From Acutalibacteraceae bacterium (GTDB taxonomy: Bacteria; Bacillota; Clostridia; Oscillospirales; Acutalibacteraceae), in assembly GCA_045651865.1 (NCBI GenBank), contig JAZRTC010000021.1, positions 2,065 to 66,064 of the forward strand: a stretch of 64,000 bases of DNA. The letters run 5' to 3'. This document shows positions 54,109 to 63,316 of the stretch, piece by piece. Position numbers and translations under genes: made by a program. Each line of letters opens with the position of its first letter. Within the stretch, counting starts at the first letter, position 1. The notes beneath the pieces were generated by a model. It ran no database searches, was not told the origin of the DNA, and saw nothing but the letters and a program-made list of their open reading frames with translations.

Positions 54109-54262
54109 CAAATTATCAAAGAAAGCAAAAAAGCAGGTTAATGCAAAAGTAAGAACAATGTTCAACGATTTTGGGTGTCTATCCCCTGTTACGAAGATTG
54201 TCCCAGATAAGAAAAAGGAGAAACTGCGTAGATACTGTAGAGAGAAACAGATTAATATCTAA
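54086..54262 (+). CDS. Small Lys-rich protein (58 aa)
   Basis: AAGGTGG RBS. MKKCVSYDKLSKKAKKQVNAKVRTMFNDFGCLSPVTKIVPDKKKEKLRRYCREKQINI. It overlaps the end of the preceding gene in another frame. Confidence 0.4.
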   Translation: MKKCVSYDKLSKKAKKQVNAKVRTMFNDFGCLSPVTKIVPDKKKEKLRRYCREKQINI

Positions 54263-54523
54263 AGTTTGCTTATGAAAGTAGTATCATTCACAAAAAACGC
54301 AAAAATTTTATAAGGAAAAGCAAGTATTTAGCCCCCTCCCTCCTTAGGCTTTTTAAAAGTATGATATAACAATAAACAAGGTTACAGAAATATGGTCGTT
54401 ATATTTGATGTTTCAGTAACCGGCATAAATATTAAGACACAACGGAGGACACTTCTATGAGAAAATTGAAAGTTGGTCTTATTTCAGCAAACCCGACAGT
54501 ACAGACGAAAGGAGTTTATAAAA

Positions 54524-55285
54524 ATGAAGAATAAAACATTAAAAGACATTCGTGTTTCTAGTCTGAAAAAAGGAAAAGTTAAGGGGGTTGGCTTTTTTGA
54601 AAGCATTCCTTTAAAGATCGCTGGTCGTATTGACGGTCGCAGAGGACTCCCTCGTGAGAACGATAACGGTCAATGGGTATCCCCTCATATTGAGAAAGAG
54701 GTGCGTTCTTACGATGAGTTTTCTTCTCGTATGTGGGGTCAGCTCCAGATTGAAGAAGAGGCTGCGTTTGCTCGTCTCGGCGAACTTATGGATTCTGTAG
54801 TTCATATCAAATCACAGTTGGACACTGCCAAATCAGAATTGGACGAAGCTTCTGCCGGCGAAGGTATGGTTAACAATTCTCGTAAGCACGGAGAAGGCAA
54901 ACTCACTGATGCGCAGGTTGCAGCTCGCAGAGCGAATGAACATACCAAAAGGCTTTCGCCGATTAGAAGTCGAGTATCTTCTCTTCAGGCAAAGCTTACT
55001 TCTGAAATTGACGAATTTTCTGCAGTGCGCGCAAAAATCGTTGAGGATAACAATTCAACGAGAATGGTTTGCAATCGTGTAAGAGACCATCTATATCAGC
55101 GCCTTGCAGTTTACTGGAACTCTGCTTTACGTAAGCATACAGAACGCAGTAAAATGCCGGCGGTTCCTTGTGTAGATGTTATCTTCAATTCAGAAGAAGT
55201 TTATATGAAACCTCATATCGAATTGATGCAAAAAGCCGAACTGTTGAGCGAGACAATTAAAAAAGAGTCCGAGGAGGTGGCATAA
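54524..55285 (+). CDS. Coiled-coil protein, unknown function
   Basis: Start at M18 after AAAGGAG. 253 aa. Confidence 0.6.
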   Translation: MKNKTLKDIRVSSLKKGKVKGVGFFESIPLKIAGRIDGRRGLPRENDNGQWVSPHIEKEVRSYDEFSSRMWGQLQIEEEAAFARLGELMDSVVHIKSQLDTAKSELDEASAGEGMVNNSRKHGEGKLTDAQVAARRANEHTKRLSPIRSRVSSLQAKLTSEIDEFSAVRAKIVEDNNSTRMVCNRVRDHLYQRLAVYWNSALRKHTERSKMPAVPCVDVIFNSEEVYMKPHIELMQKAELLSETIKKESEEVA

Positions 55286-55728
55286 TGTTCGGAAAGAAAA
55301 AACAACAGGCATTATTCAATTCAGCTGATGATAGTAGATCAGAGGCATATTTCTGCCTTCGCAGTAGTCATGGTTATGGCGATGAAGCATTTAGAACGGT
55401 AGAATATCGCCTTTATTCAAAGCTTGAAGAGGGTGAAATGATTCCTCGTCTAGACGAACATTTGAATAAATTGTTTGCAGGCGAAGTTGATGATGCGAAT
55501 GGTGATATGTTGGATGCCATCATTTTTGGCGCAGCCAGAGAGGCACTACCGGATCTTAGTCGTCAGCATTATGACCATATGGATATGTTGAGAAGATTTA
55601 TCGTTAAGCGGCAAGCTGATCGTGGTGACATCCAAAGAATAAAGGAAGACCGTGAGAGGGAACGAGATAATATACAAGGGGAATATGATAATATTTGTCA
55701 TTTACTCTCCAAATGTGAGGAGGTCTAA
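55285..55728 (+). CDS. Hypothetical protein (147 aa)
   Basis: Its start overlaps the preceding stop (ATAATG), suggesting translational coupling. Confidence 0.6.
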   Translation: MFGKKKQQALFNSADDSRSEAYFCLRSSHGYGDEAFRTVEYRLYSKLEEGEMIPRLDEHLNKLFAGEVDDANGDMLDAIIFGAAREALPDLSRQHYDHMDMLRRFIVKRQADRGDIQRIKEDRERERDNIQGEYDNICHLLSKCEEV

Positions 55729-55730
55729 TT

Positions 55731-56678
55731 ATGAATCGTAACAATGTTCTTGTAACGAAAAACCGCACTGGTGAATTCATCTATCCGGGACTTAATTCCC
55801 ATATGAGTAAGAAATACAAAGCGGACAATCCGTTGGATAATGCTATAGTGCCATACATTATTATGATTATCTGTGCCGCTATTGATTTAACTGTTTTCTA
55901 TAGCTTATTTAAAATGATATCTTACGATAGCCAGTGGATGCTGATTGTTCAGGTTGCCGGAATGCTGTTCGCTTTCGATATGGTTCCAATTTATTTGGGT
56001 ATTCAGCTCCGCCGAATGAAACAAGGGTTAACTAAAGAAAAGATGGTTCTTTATATGGCTCTGGGTGTTTGCGCTGTCGCATTCATCATAAATGTCATTC
56101 TAAATATTATGACGATTGAACTTATGAACCCTGACCTTTCTTCAGCTACCACTAACTACTTTGGAACAGCAGTTGAGCAAACGGCTACAGAAGGTATCGA
56201 TCCTTCTACGATTGCATTGACCATTTTCCGTATCGGCTGTCCGGTACTTACTTCTGTAGGCTCCTTCTTTATCTCTTACTTGACCTATAATCCGCTTAAA
56301 ACAAGAAAGCGTAATGCGGAAGAGGTCCTCGCAGAGAAGAATGATGAGGTTCGCCGTCTAGAAGCGGTTTTGCATGAGTATGATGCAGATAGTGAATTTG
56401 CTGAAAATCTTCGTGCTGACGACGAAGGAAAATATGAAGAGATGAAAAAGATGCACCGTGCCCTAGTAATTAACTATTGCGAGTACGTAAGGCAACGTCT
56501 TAAAGAGCATCTTGCCGATCCGACAGCCACCAATGCGCTATCCGAGGAGACTTGTATTGCCATCTTGGAACGCCTTGATCGTGAGCTTGCAGCTATAGAT
56601 AATTGTGGTGTTCCTCCAATGTTTAACGGGAATAATCCCAAAGATAAAATGCTTATCTCAAACAATGTAGCAGCTTAA
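55731..56678 (+). CDS. Four-TM membrane protein with cytoplasmic coiled-coil tail
   Basis: TM segments IVPYIIMIICAAIDLTVFYSLF, LIVQVAGMLFAFDMVPIYLGI, VLYMALGVCAVAFIINVILNI and IALTIFRIGCPVLTSVGSFFISYL. Confidence 0.65.
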   Translation: MNRNNVLVTKNRTGEFIYPGLNSHMSKKYKADNPLDNAIVPYIIMIICAAIDLTVFYSLFKMISYDSQWMLIVQVAGMLFAFDMVPIYLGIQLRRMKQGLTKEKMVLYMALGVCAVAFIINVILNIMTIELMNPDLSSATTNYFGTAVEQTATEGIDPSTIALTIFRIGCPVLTSVGSFFISYLTYNPLKTRKRNAEEVLAEKNDEVRRLEAVLHEYDADSEFAENLRADDEGKYEEMKKMHRALVINYCEYVRQRLKEHLADPTATNALSEETCIAILERLDRELAAIDNCGVPPMFNGNNPKDKMLISNNVAA

Positions 56679-56693
56679 AAGGAGAAAAGAATT

Positions 56694-57932
56694 ATGAAGA
56701 AAACGATTGCTTTGATTTTAACGATTGTGCTTGCTCTTGGCCTTGTAGGAAGTCTTACAGGTTGCTCCTCGAATAATGAGGCATCAACCGAAAAAGTTGC
56801 TGTATGCTATGTTATCGCCAACACTGCAAACTCTAAAGGCCTTAATTTGCAGAGCCCGTTGGTTCAGGATACCATTTATTCAACGATCCTTAATTACGGA
56901 TATATTTCTGTTGTAAATGCCGATGGTTCTCCTGAAGTGGTGCTTGCAAGTAGTTTTGACATTGATGAAAAGTATAAAAGTGCCTCTAAAGATAAACTGG
57001 CAATGGACGCTCGTTCAAAAGCAACTAATCTAATTAGTGGTATGCAGACCGTGATTGCTGATGACCCTGAAATTGATTATCTTGAGGCTTTGCGTCTTGC
57101 AGTTCGAAGTTTGGCTTCCTTAGAAGGTTACGATTCCAAACAAATCATTGTTCTCGGAACAGGACTTAGTACAACCGGTGTTCTCGATTTTAAAAACAAT
57201 CTTATTTCTGCCGAACCTGATGTCATCGTTGAACTGCTTAACGAGAAATCCGAAATTCCGAACTTCTCTGATATCACTGTTTACTGGCAGCAGCTTGGTG
57301 ATGTTGCGGCTCCGCAGGAAACTTTGACAAGTGCACAAAAAAATAAGCTCCAGAAAATCTATGGTTCGCTTGTCGAAACCGGCGGAGGCACTTTCGTATA
57401 CAATGATATTATGGCTAATCCCGTTGACGAGAGCGTAGAATACCCTTCCGTTACACCCGTCGATCTTCCCGATGATACTCCTATCGCTTTTGAAGCAGAT
57501 GATCTTGATGCAGAAGATGATAAGGCTTTTGAAGAGCCTCAGGTGCTTAGTGAAAGCCAGGTTGAGTTTATCGGAGACCAAGCAAACTATTTGTATCCTG
57601 ACAAAGCGGTAGAAAACATTCGTCCTATTGCGGAATATCTGCTTAAACACGATGATGTAAATATTGTGCTCATTGGTTCCACGGCTGGCGATAGCACAAA
57701 TGCTTCTACATTGAAGTTGTCACAAGAACGTGCTGATGCAGTCAAGAAAACCTTGATTGATCTCGGTGTGAATGCAGATAGAATCACGACCATTGGCATG
57801 GGAGCAAGTGATCCTTGGCATATCCCTAATGCCGGCTATGACGGTGCAGCTGCTTCTGCAAATAGAAAGGTAGTTCTTCTTGATGCACGTAGCGCAACAG
57901 CTCAAACTATTCTTGAACAAGTGAATTCTTAA
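56694..57932 (+). CDS. Lipoprotein with vWA-like region and C-terminal OmpA-family peptidoglycan-binding domain
   Basis: Lipobox LTGC. C-terminus IVLIGSTAGDS...LSQERADAVKKTLIDLGVNADRITTIGMGASDP...NRKVVLL. Confidence 0.7.
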   Translation: MKKTIALILTIVLALGLVGSLTGCSSNNEASTEKVAVCYVIANTANSKGLNLQSPLVQDTIYSTILNYGYISVVNADGSPEVVLASSFDIDEKYKSASKDKLAMDARSKATNLISGMQTVIADDPEIDYLEALRLAVRSLASLEGYDSKQIIVLGTGLSTTGVLDFKNNLISAEPDVIVELLNEKSEIPNFSDITVYWQQLGDVAAPQETLTSAQKNKLQKIYGSLVETGGGTFVYNDIMANPVDESVEYPSVTPVDLPDDTPIAFEADDLDAEDDKAFEEPQVLSESQVEFIGDQANYLYPDKAVENIRPIAEYLLKHDDVNIVLIGSTAGDSTNASTLKLSQERADAVKKTLIDLGVNADRITTIGMGASDPWHIPNAGYDGAAASANRKVVLLDARSATAQTILEQVNS

Positions 57933-57968
57933 TTAAACAAATACTTACGATATAAGGGGTGATAAATC

Positions 57969-58217
57969 ATGTTCCGTGCCGTCCTGTTAATCTTATATTT
58001 GCTAATTTTAATACCATCGTTAACTCATTTGATTCGATATCGTGATGTTCCTGGTTCAAGACGCTGGAGTGTTGGATTGGGCATTGCTGGTGTATTGTTG
58101 GTACCAACGTTTGCTGCTTTTTTGTGCGAACTCCTCACCTCTATTTTTAGCATAGGTTTGTTTATTCTCATTTTTTTCGGTGGCATAGGCATGATTTTCA
58201 AATCGTTGTTTCGATAG
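57969..58217 (+). CDS. Small polytopic membrane protein (82 aa)
   Basis: Three hydrophobic segments. Confidence 0.55.
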   Translation: MFRAVLLILYLLILIPSLTHLIRYRDVPGSRRWSVGLGIAGVLLVPTFAAFLCELLTSIFSIGLFILIFFGGIGMIFKSLFR

Positions 58218-58226
58218 GAGATACTT

Positions 58227-58529
58227 ATGGATACATTAAACGTACTGTCTTATGGAGGCATCATCACCTTAATTGTTCTTTTAATTATCTTTGAGGTAAA
58301 AGACAGGCAAGGGGCCAGTTACAATAATAACAGTGGATATATCTATTACACTTATAACAATATTGCGGTAAGAATTCGTCATATAGCTGCATCTAGATAC
58401 AAGGTGTATGTTAACGATTTTTGTCCTGTTCAAACAAAAAAAGATCGCTATGGTACATATTTTAATTTGAGAGCACGCTCCGCCTCAGAAGCTGAATATC
58501 AGATTGATGAGTTGTTCAGAAACTGTTAA
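58227..58529 (+). CDS. Small single-TM protein (100 aa)
   Basis: N-terminal TM GGIITLIVLLIIFEV. Confidence 0.55.
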   Translation: MDTLNVLSYGGIITLIVLLIIFEVKDRQGASYNNNSGYIYYTYNNIAVRIRHIAASRYKVYVNDFCPVQTKKDRYGTYFNLRARSASEAEYQIDELFRNC

Positions 58530-58541
58530 GAGGTGTTTGGT

Positions 58542-59207
58542 ATGAGTAAAGACCATATACCGAGTGACTTTGGGCGCCCAAGTGGATATAAATCCGATTT
58601 GGAAATCGCTGAAACAGGCTCAAAAGTTAAGTCTATAAACACATCTTTCGGAAGTAAAAACCACAATGCATATATTATGCGGACAGACAAAACTCATGAA
58701 CATTTCTACTATAATCCGCAAACACAAAAGAGTGGATGGCACGGACACAATTATGAAACACGTAATAATCATCCACAACTCAACATAGAACACGTTGATA
58801 AAAAGGGAGAAACAACAATGGAAAAATCCAATTCATTTATTGAAAGCTTAAAGGTAGACCAAGCAACGATTGATCGTTGTAATGAGGTCTCGAAGAACGC
58901 GGCACAAAAAGCTAATACACCGACATCGCGAAGTCAGAACGTGGATGGTGGCCGAGAACGTGGTGATAGTGGTCCAGGTAGTCTTGGTAGAGAGTCCGGT
59001 TATAAAAGTGGTGAAAGCAACTCCGGACATGAGGGTAACAGTGCTGCGCATTCTTCAAGTAGCAACGGAGCATCGGGACATAGTTCCAGTGGGGAGGGTT
59101 CTTCCGGTGGCCACGGGAACGGCGGTGAAGGTTCCGGAGGACAGGGCTCCGGTGGTCAAGGATCTGGCGGAGGTCATGGATCAGGAGGTTCAGGAGGAGG
59201 TCACTGA
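58542..59207 (+). CDS. Protein with Gly/Ser/His-rich low-complexity C-terminus
   Basis: ATG at 58542 after AAGAGGTG. Tail SGHEGNSAAHSSSSNGASGHSSSGEGSSGGHGNGGEGSGGQGSGGQGSGGGHGSGGSGGGH. Confidence 0.6.
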   Translation: MSKDHIPSDFGRPSGYKSDLEIAETGSKVKSINTSFGSKNHNAYIMRTDKTHEHFYYNPQTQKSGWHGHNYETRNNHPQLNIEHVDKKGETTMEKSNSFIESLKVDQATIDRCNEVSKNAAQKANTPTSRSQNVDGGRERGDSGPGSLGRESGYKSGESNSGHEGNSAAHSSSSNGASGHSSSGEGSSGGHGNGGEGSGGQGSGGQGSGGGHGSGGSGGGH

Positions 59208-59208
59208 T

Positions 59209-60498
59209 ATGATCAAAACAACACTAGAGGGATTGTCTATTCTTCCTAATCCTCCGGCAATGGAAGGAATGGCTATTGCTCCTATTGTAAGACTGAAAAA
59301 CGGTCTTACACTTCACGATGGGGTTTTTGAAGCTCCTACTTTGCTACTTGGTTCAGTCGGTTCCGGTAAGACGTACCTCTTGAATGAAATTATGGATCCT
59401 ATTCTTCATCATGCAGAAGCGAATAATGAGAATGTGATCATTTTTGCAGCCAAACCGGATGTCTTAGAGAAGAAAAGGCCTAACGATATAGTAATCTCTC
59501 TAGATGGCAAAGAACCTAATGGATGTTGGAATCTATTCAAGGAACTTAGTGCCAGTAGCAATCCTGAACTAACGGCAAGAGATATCGCAAAATCGCTGAC
59601 TCAGGATCAACGCTCGGAAGCGCAACCATTCTTCGAAAATGCAGCTAACGATCTTCTTTTTAATTCGATTATGTGTATGTATGAAGATGGAATGGAGAAA
59701 GGTGTCGTATATACAAACTGGCATCTTGTTGATTTTTTAAATAAGACAGCAGTCAATAGCGGAGAGTTGACTTGGAAAGAGCTGGCTAAGTTGCGCCCAA
59801 AACGTTTTGCGCATATCAATGATTATTTAGGTGACAACCTGGGCCAAGGATACGGTATTGTATCGGAATTAAGAACTTTGGTTCACGATTGCTTCTGGGG
59901 CTCATTTTGCTCTGATAATGGCACATTTTCGGCAATTGAGTCGCTGAAAACCGGCGGAAAACGTATTTTTCTATACTACGATTATGCAAACGCAAGTGAG
60001 GCAAGCATTAAGATTTTCCGTACAATTCTCAACTTACTTATTAAGCATTCGGTCGATAAACAAAACGGTCGAAGAACGTGGTTCTTCTTGGACGAGGCAA
60101 GTCTATTACCGAAGACTTGTATCGCAGATGCAATGTCACTTGGGCGAGCGCAGGGCTTCAGATTATTTATGTGCCTGCAGTCTGCACAACTTATGACGAG
60201 ACATTACAAGGAAGACGAGGCGAAGACCCTATTGAGTTTGTTCCCTAATATTATCTGTATGAAAGTACAGGATAGCCTGAGTCGTTCGATTTTGGCAGAT
60301 AGGTACGGAGATTGTTTGTGTACATATAGTTTCAATGCTCCCATGCAAAAAATTGCTCAGCACGCAGAGCATAGACCAGTTGTAGCAGACTTTGATTTTT
60401 CTCAACTTCAGAGGAAAGGAGATGCAATCTGTAGTATACCTAACCTAAGTTCGTCACCGTTCTTTTATAGAGGCTATAGAAAGGAGCTGGATGTGTAA
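59209..60498 (+). CDS. Soluble VirD4/TraG/TrwB-like (T4CP-like) P-loop ATPase
   Basis: Start at M114 of the track ORF, 1 nt after the preceding stop. Walker A LLLGSVGSGKTY, Walker B RRTWFFLDEASLL. No N-terminal TM. Confidence 0.65.
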   Translation: MIKTTLEGLSILPNPPAMEGMAIAPIVRLKNGLTLHDGVFEAPTLLLGSVGSGKTYLLNEIMDPILHHAEANNENVIIFAAKPDVLEKKRPNDIVISLDGKEPNGCWNLFKELSASSNPELTARDIAKSLTQDQRSEAQPFFENAANDLLFNSIMCMYEDGMEKGVVYTNWHLVDFLNKTAVNSGELTWKELAKLRPKRFAHINDYLGDNLGQGYGIVSELRTLVHDCFWGSFCSDNGTFSAIESLKTGGKRIFLYYDYANASEASIKIFRTILNLLIKHSVDKQNGRRTWFFLDEASLLPKTCIADAMSLGRAQGFRLFMCLQSAQLMTRHYKEDEAKTLLSLFPNIICMKVQDSLSRSILADRYGDCLCTYSFNAPMQKIAQHAEHRPVVADFDFSQLQRKGDAICSIPNLSSSPFFYRGYRKELDV

Positions 60499-61364
60499 TG
60501 AACAACCGATATAGACCCACAGACATTCGGGCACTTAGCGGGCCGGTTACTTCAAGGAATTCACGCAATGCCAGCAATCACCCTGCAACTTATTTGGGTA
60601 ACTGTACCCCTTCTCAGATTTTCAACCACATTCGACTTGGTAATAATTACACGGCTTGTGTTGTTGGTAATCCAGCACGAGGTATAGGAATCGCAAAAGC
60701 GTTAATCCGCCAATCAGGAAAACCTTTTTTATTCATTGGTCCAAAGAAAGACGAGAACTCACAGTTTGCCGCTCTGCAACCTGATTGGACAATGAATTCA
60801 GTGCAATCGACCTTCCCTACAGGAAATGGTGCAGTCTTTCTTTCGAGGCCAACAGCTGCGTACTTAGAACTTTGTGAATTCTTTGAAGAATGGTGCCAGG
60901 AATATTTTGTGGTTTTACATTTGAGTGGAGGTTTTCAAATCGGACCGGAGCTGCTTAATTTGTTAAGCGGAGCGGAGCAATGCTTAATATTCAGTGATTC
61001 CGTACCGTCAAGTCTTCGCAGCAATGAAACCCGTACACTTACTCCAAAAGAATTTTTCACTCAAATGAGCCACCTATTCGTGTTTTCTGCTGGGGTTGAA
61101 ACAAGAGACTTAATTGAGATTCTTCCTACATACCAGTATGAAAAAGTATCGAATTCAATGAACTTCAATCATTTCAAAAGTCGTTCAATTTTTCATCCTT
61201 TTCGTTCACATGCCGGAAACGGTATGTCGTGGGGTCAAACAAGAACTATGGAGTATAAAAAGAGTTTGTTTGAGATGGACGAATTAAAAAGGATTTTCGA
61301 TGACGGAACATCGCTTCTGTATGATGCAAAGGCAAATGCGGTTTTTCTTGCACACATCATATAA
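60498..61364 (+). CDS. Hypothetical protein with degenerate P-loop-like segment
   Basis: VVGNPARGIGIAKAL lacks the Walker Lys. Its start overlaps the preceding stop (GTAATG). Confidence 0.5.
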   Translation: MNNRYRPTDIRALSGPVTSRNSRNASNHPATYLGNCTPSQIFNHIRLGNNYTACVVGNPARGIGIAKALIRQSGKPFLFIGPKKDENSQFAALQPDWTMNSVQSTFPTGNGAVFLSRPTAAYLELCEFFEEWCQEYFVVLHLSGGFQIGPELLNLLSGAEQCLIFSDSVPSSLRSNETRTLTPKEFFTQMSHLFVFSAGVETRDLIEILPTYQYEKVSNSMNFNHFKSRSIFHPFRSHAGNGMSWGQTRTMEYKKSLFEMDELKRIFDDGTSLLYDAKANAVFLAHII

Positions 61365-61412
61365 CACAACGATAATTTTATAAACACATAATAAACGGAG
61401 GATCTCCCTTAT

Positions 61413-61991
61413 ATGAATACAATTGTTAAGAGTAGCCATGGAATCACACTAGTTCCGGTAACAAGCAAATTGCTTGCGGAGCGTAAAATTTTTATTGAAG
61501 ACGAAATCACGCTGGTATCAGCATGCGACACCGTTAGAGCCCTTATGCTTCTTGTGAAAGAAGATCCTAACAAGCCGATTGATATTTATATTAATTCGAC
61601 TGGTGGACGAGTTGATGCGGGCTTGATGATTTATGATACATTAAAAGGCATGAAGACGGAAGTCAATTTGCACTGCATTGGAATGGCTGCATCTATGGCA
61701 GCTGTTATTCTTGCCGGAGGAAAAAAGGGTCATCGCTTTATTTTGCCGCACAGTAAAACCATGATACATGAGCCGTTAATTTCATGTGGCGTTGGAGGTA
61801 GTGCAACAACGATTAAACATACAGCTGAGTCGATTTTGGAAACAAAACAACTTACAGTGGAGTTGCTTGCGAAAGATACAGGAAGAACAATCGAAGAGAT
61901 AGAACAAGCCATTGCGTTTGATAATTACATGAACGCGAAGGAATCTATCGCTTTTGGCCTTTGTGATTATATAGAAGAAGCGATTGTTTAA
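61413..61991 (+). CDS. ClpP-family serine protease homologue
   Basis: IDIYINSTGGRVDAGLMIYD, GMAASMAAVILAGG (Ser), TMIHEPL (His), AFDNYMNAKESIAFGLCD (Asp). The triad appears intact. Confidence 0.8.
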   Translation: MNTIVKSSHGITLVPVTSKLLAERKIFIEDEITLVSACDTVRALMLLVKEDPNKPIDIYINSTGGRVDAGLMIYDTLKGMKTEVNLHCIGMAASMAAVILAGGKKGHRFILPHSKTMIHEPLISCGVGGSATTIKHTAESILETKQLTVELLAKDTGRTIEEIEQAIAFDNYMNAKESIAFGLCDYIEEAIV

Positions 61992-62005
61992 AGGAGGAAG
62001 CTGCT

Positions 62006-63304
62006 ATGGATAAAGTTATTCTTGCTAAAAATGTTGTGCTTGAAGGTGGACTTGGGACAAGCAGGCCGAACGATAATCAAATTGTGTTCGGAGGGACCGG
62101 AAGTGGAAAATCTATGAGTATTGAGTTGCCGACATTGTGCCATACACGAAAAAGCAGTTTCTTCGGTACTTTCGCTAAACGAAGTGTGGTTAAAAAAGCT
62201 GCGCCTTATTTTCAGGCTCTTGGTTATAAAACCCATGTATGGAATATTACCGATCCTGCTGATGGTGATATGCTTCCTGACCCGCTTTTATATGTTGCAT
62301 CCGACGATGATGTACAAGAACTTGCTCGCCAAGTAGCACGGGGGAATCCGGAATACGATCGAGCTTCAAAATTTGATCCTTATTGGCGCGAAGCGAGTGA
62401 GTCGTTAATGACAGGATTGATTTATTATGTGCTTATGACCGAAGATCAGCCCAGTATGAAAAAAGTGATTGATCTTTTCTATAAGCTTCAGATTAAAGAA
62501 GATGGAAAAGGGATCAGCACTTCGCTCGATAGCCAATTTGATTGGCTGAAGCGGAAAGCACCTGAGTCGATCGCAACAAGAAAACTTTGCTCTTTCGCTC
62601 AATTACCGTATGCTACGGCCGGCTGTGTACGAGATGATTTGGAAAAAGCCATTCAAAACATGTTTCCGGTATCCGTTCAGGAGGCAATGGGTGCGAAAGC
62701 TACAGTTAATTTTGAGGCATTTGCGACAGATCTTACCGCTATCTTTATTGTCACCAGTCCGGTTAGAACGGCACCATATGCATTTGCCAATCTCTTATTC
62801 TCTATTGCAATTCGGCAATTGATGGAATTTGCCGAAAAGCAAGATAACAATCGCCTTCCCAGAGATGTAAAATTGTTCTTTGATGATTTCAGTTGTGGAT
62901 TTCCGGTCCTTAATTTCGAAAAGACTATTTCTACATTTCGTGCGGCAGGCATCAGTGCGATGATGCTTTGTCAATCGCTTGATCAACTTGATGCTACATA
63001 TGGACCGTATAATAGTACGGTGATTCTCGATAATTGTTCTACTCTTGTGTATCTACCGGGAGGAATGAACAAAAAAACATGTTCTCTTATTAGTGAGATG
63101 GTGAATCTTCCGCTGGAGGATGTGATGTTTATGGAAATGGGAAAAGTGATTGTGTTTCAATCCGGGAAAAAACCTATTATTGCATCGCGCTATGAGACGC
63201 TTTCCGACCCCGCGTATCGCAAAATGATGAATATGGATGAACAGAAATCTTCGGAAGACAATGAAGATCGAAAATCATCGGCAACCTTGAAAGTAACCCG
63301 TTAA
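62006..63304 (+). CDS. Soluble TraG/VirD4-like (T4CP-like) P-loop ATPase
   Basis: Walker A VFGGTGSGKSMS, DPYWREASESL, Walker B-like KLFFDDFS, MLCQSLDQLDATYG. No TM. Confidence 0.7.
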   Translation: MDKVILAKNVVLEGGLGTSRPNDNQIVFGGTGSGKSMSIELPTLCHTRKSSFFGTFAKRSVVKKAAPYFQALGYKTHVWNITDPADGDMLPDPLLYVASDDDVQELARQVARGNPEYDRASKFDPYWREASESLMTGLIYYVLMTEDQPSMKKVIDLFYKLQIKEDGKGISTSLDSQFDWLKRKAPESIATRKLCSFAQLPYATAGCVRDDLEKAIQNMFPVSVQEAMGAKATVNFEAFATDLTAIFIVTSPVRTAPYAFANLLFSIAIRQLMEFAEKQDNNRLPRDVKLFFDDFSCGFPVLNFEKTISTFRAAGISAMMLCQSLDQLDATYGPYNSTVILDNCSTLVYLPGGMNKKTCSLISEMVNLPLEDVMFMEMGKVIVFQSGKKPIIASRYETLSDPAYRKMMNMDEQKSSEDNEDRKSSATLKVTR

Positions 63305-63316
63305 AGGAGGAGAAAT

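Noticed and set aside
58870-59208. Upstream 113 codons of the 542-aa track ORF.
   Set aside because: This part overlaps the Gly/Ser-rich gene in another frame, and its Val/Arg-rich translation is a by-product of GGN/AGY repeats. The ATG at 59209 follows the preceding stop by 1 nt and begins the ATPase proper.
61413-61991. Interpreting ClpP as a prophage prohead protease, and so the region as a prophage.
   Set aside because: No terminase, portal, major capsid, tail or lysis genes are recognisable anywhere between 35 and 64 kb.
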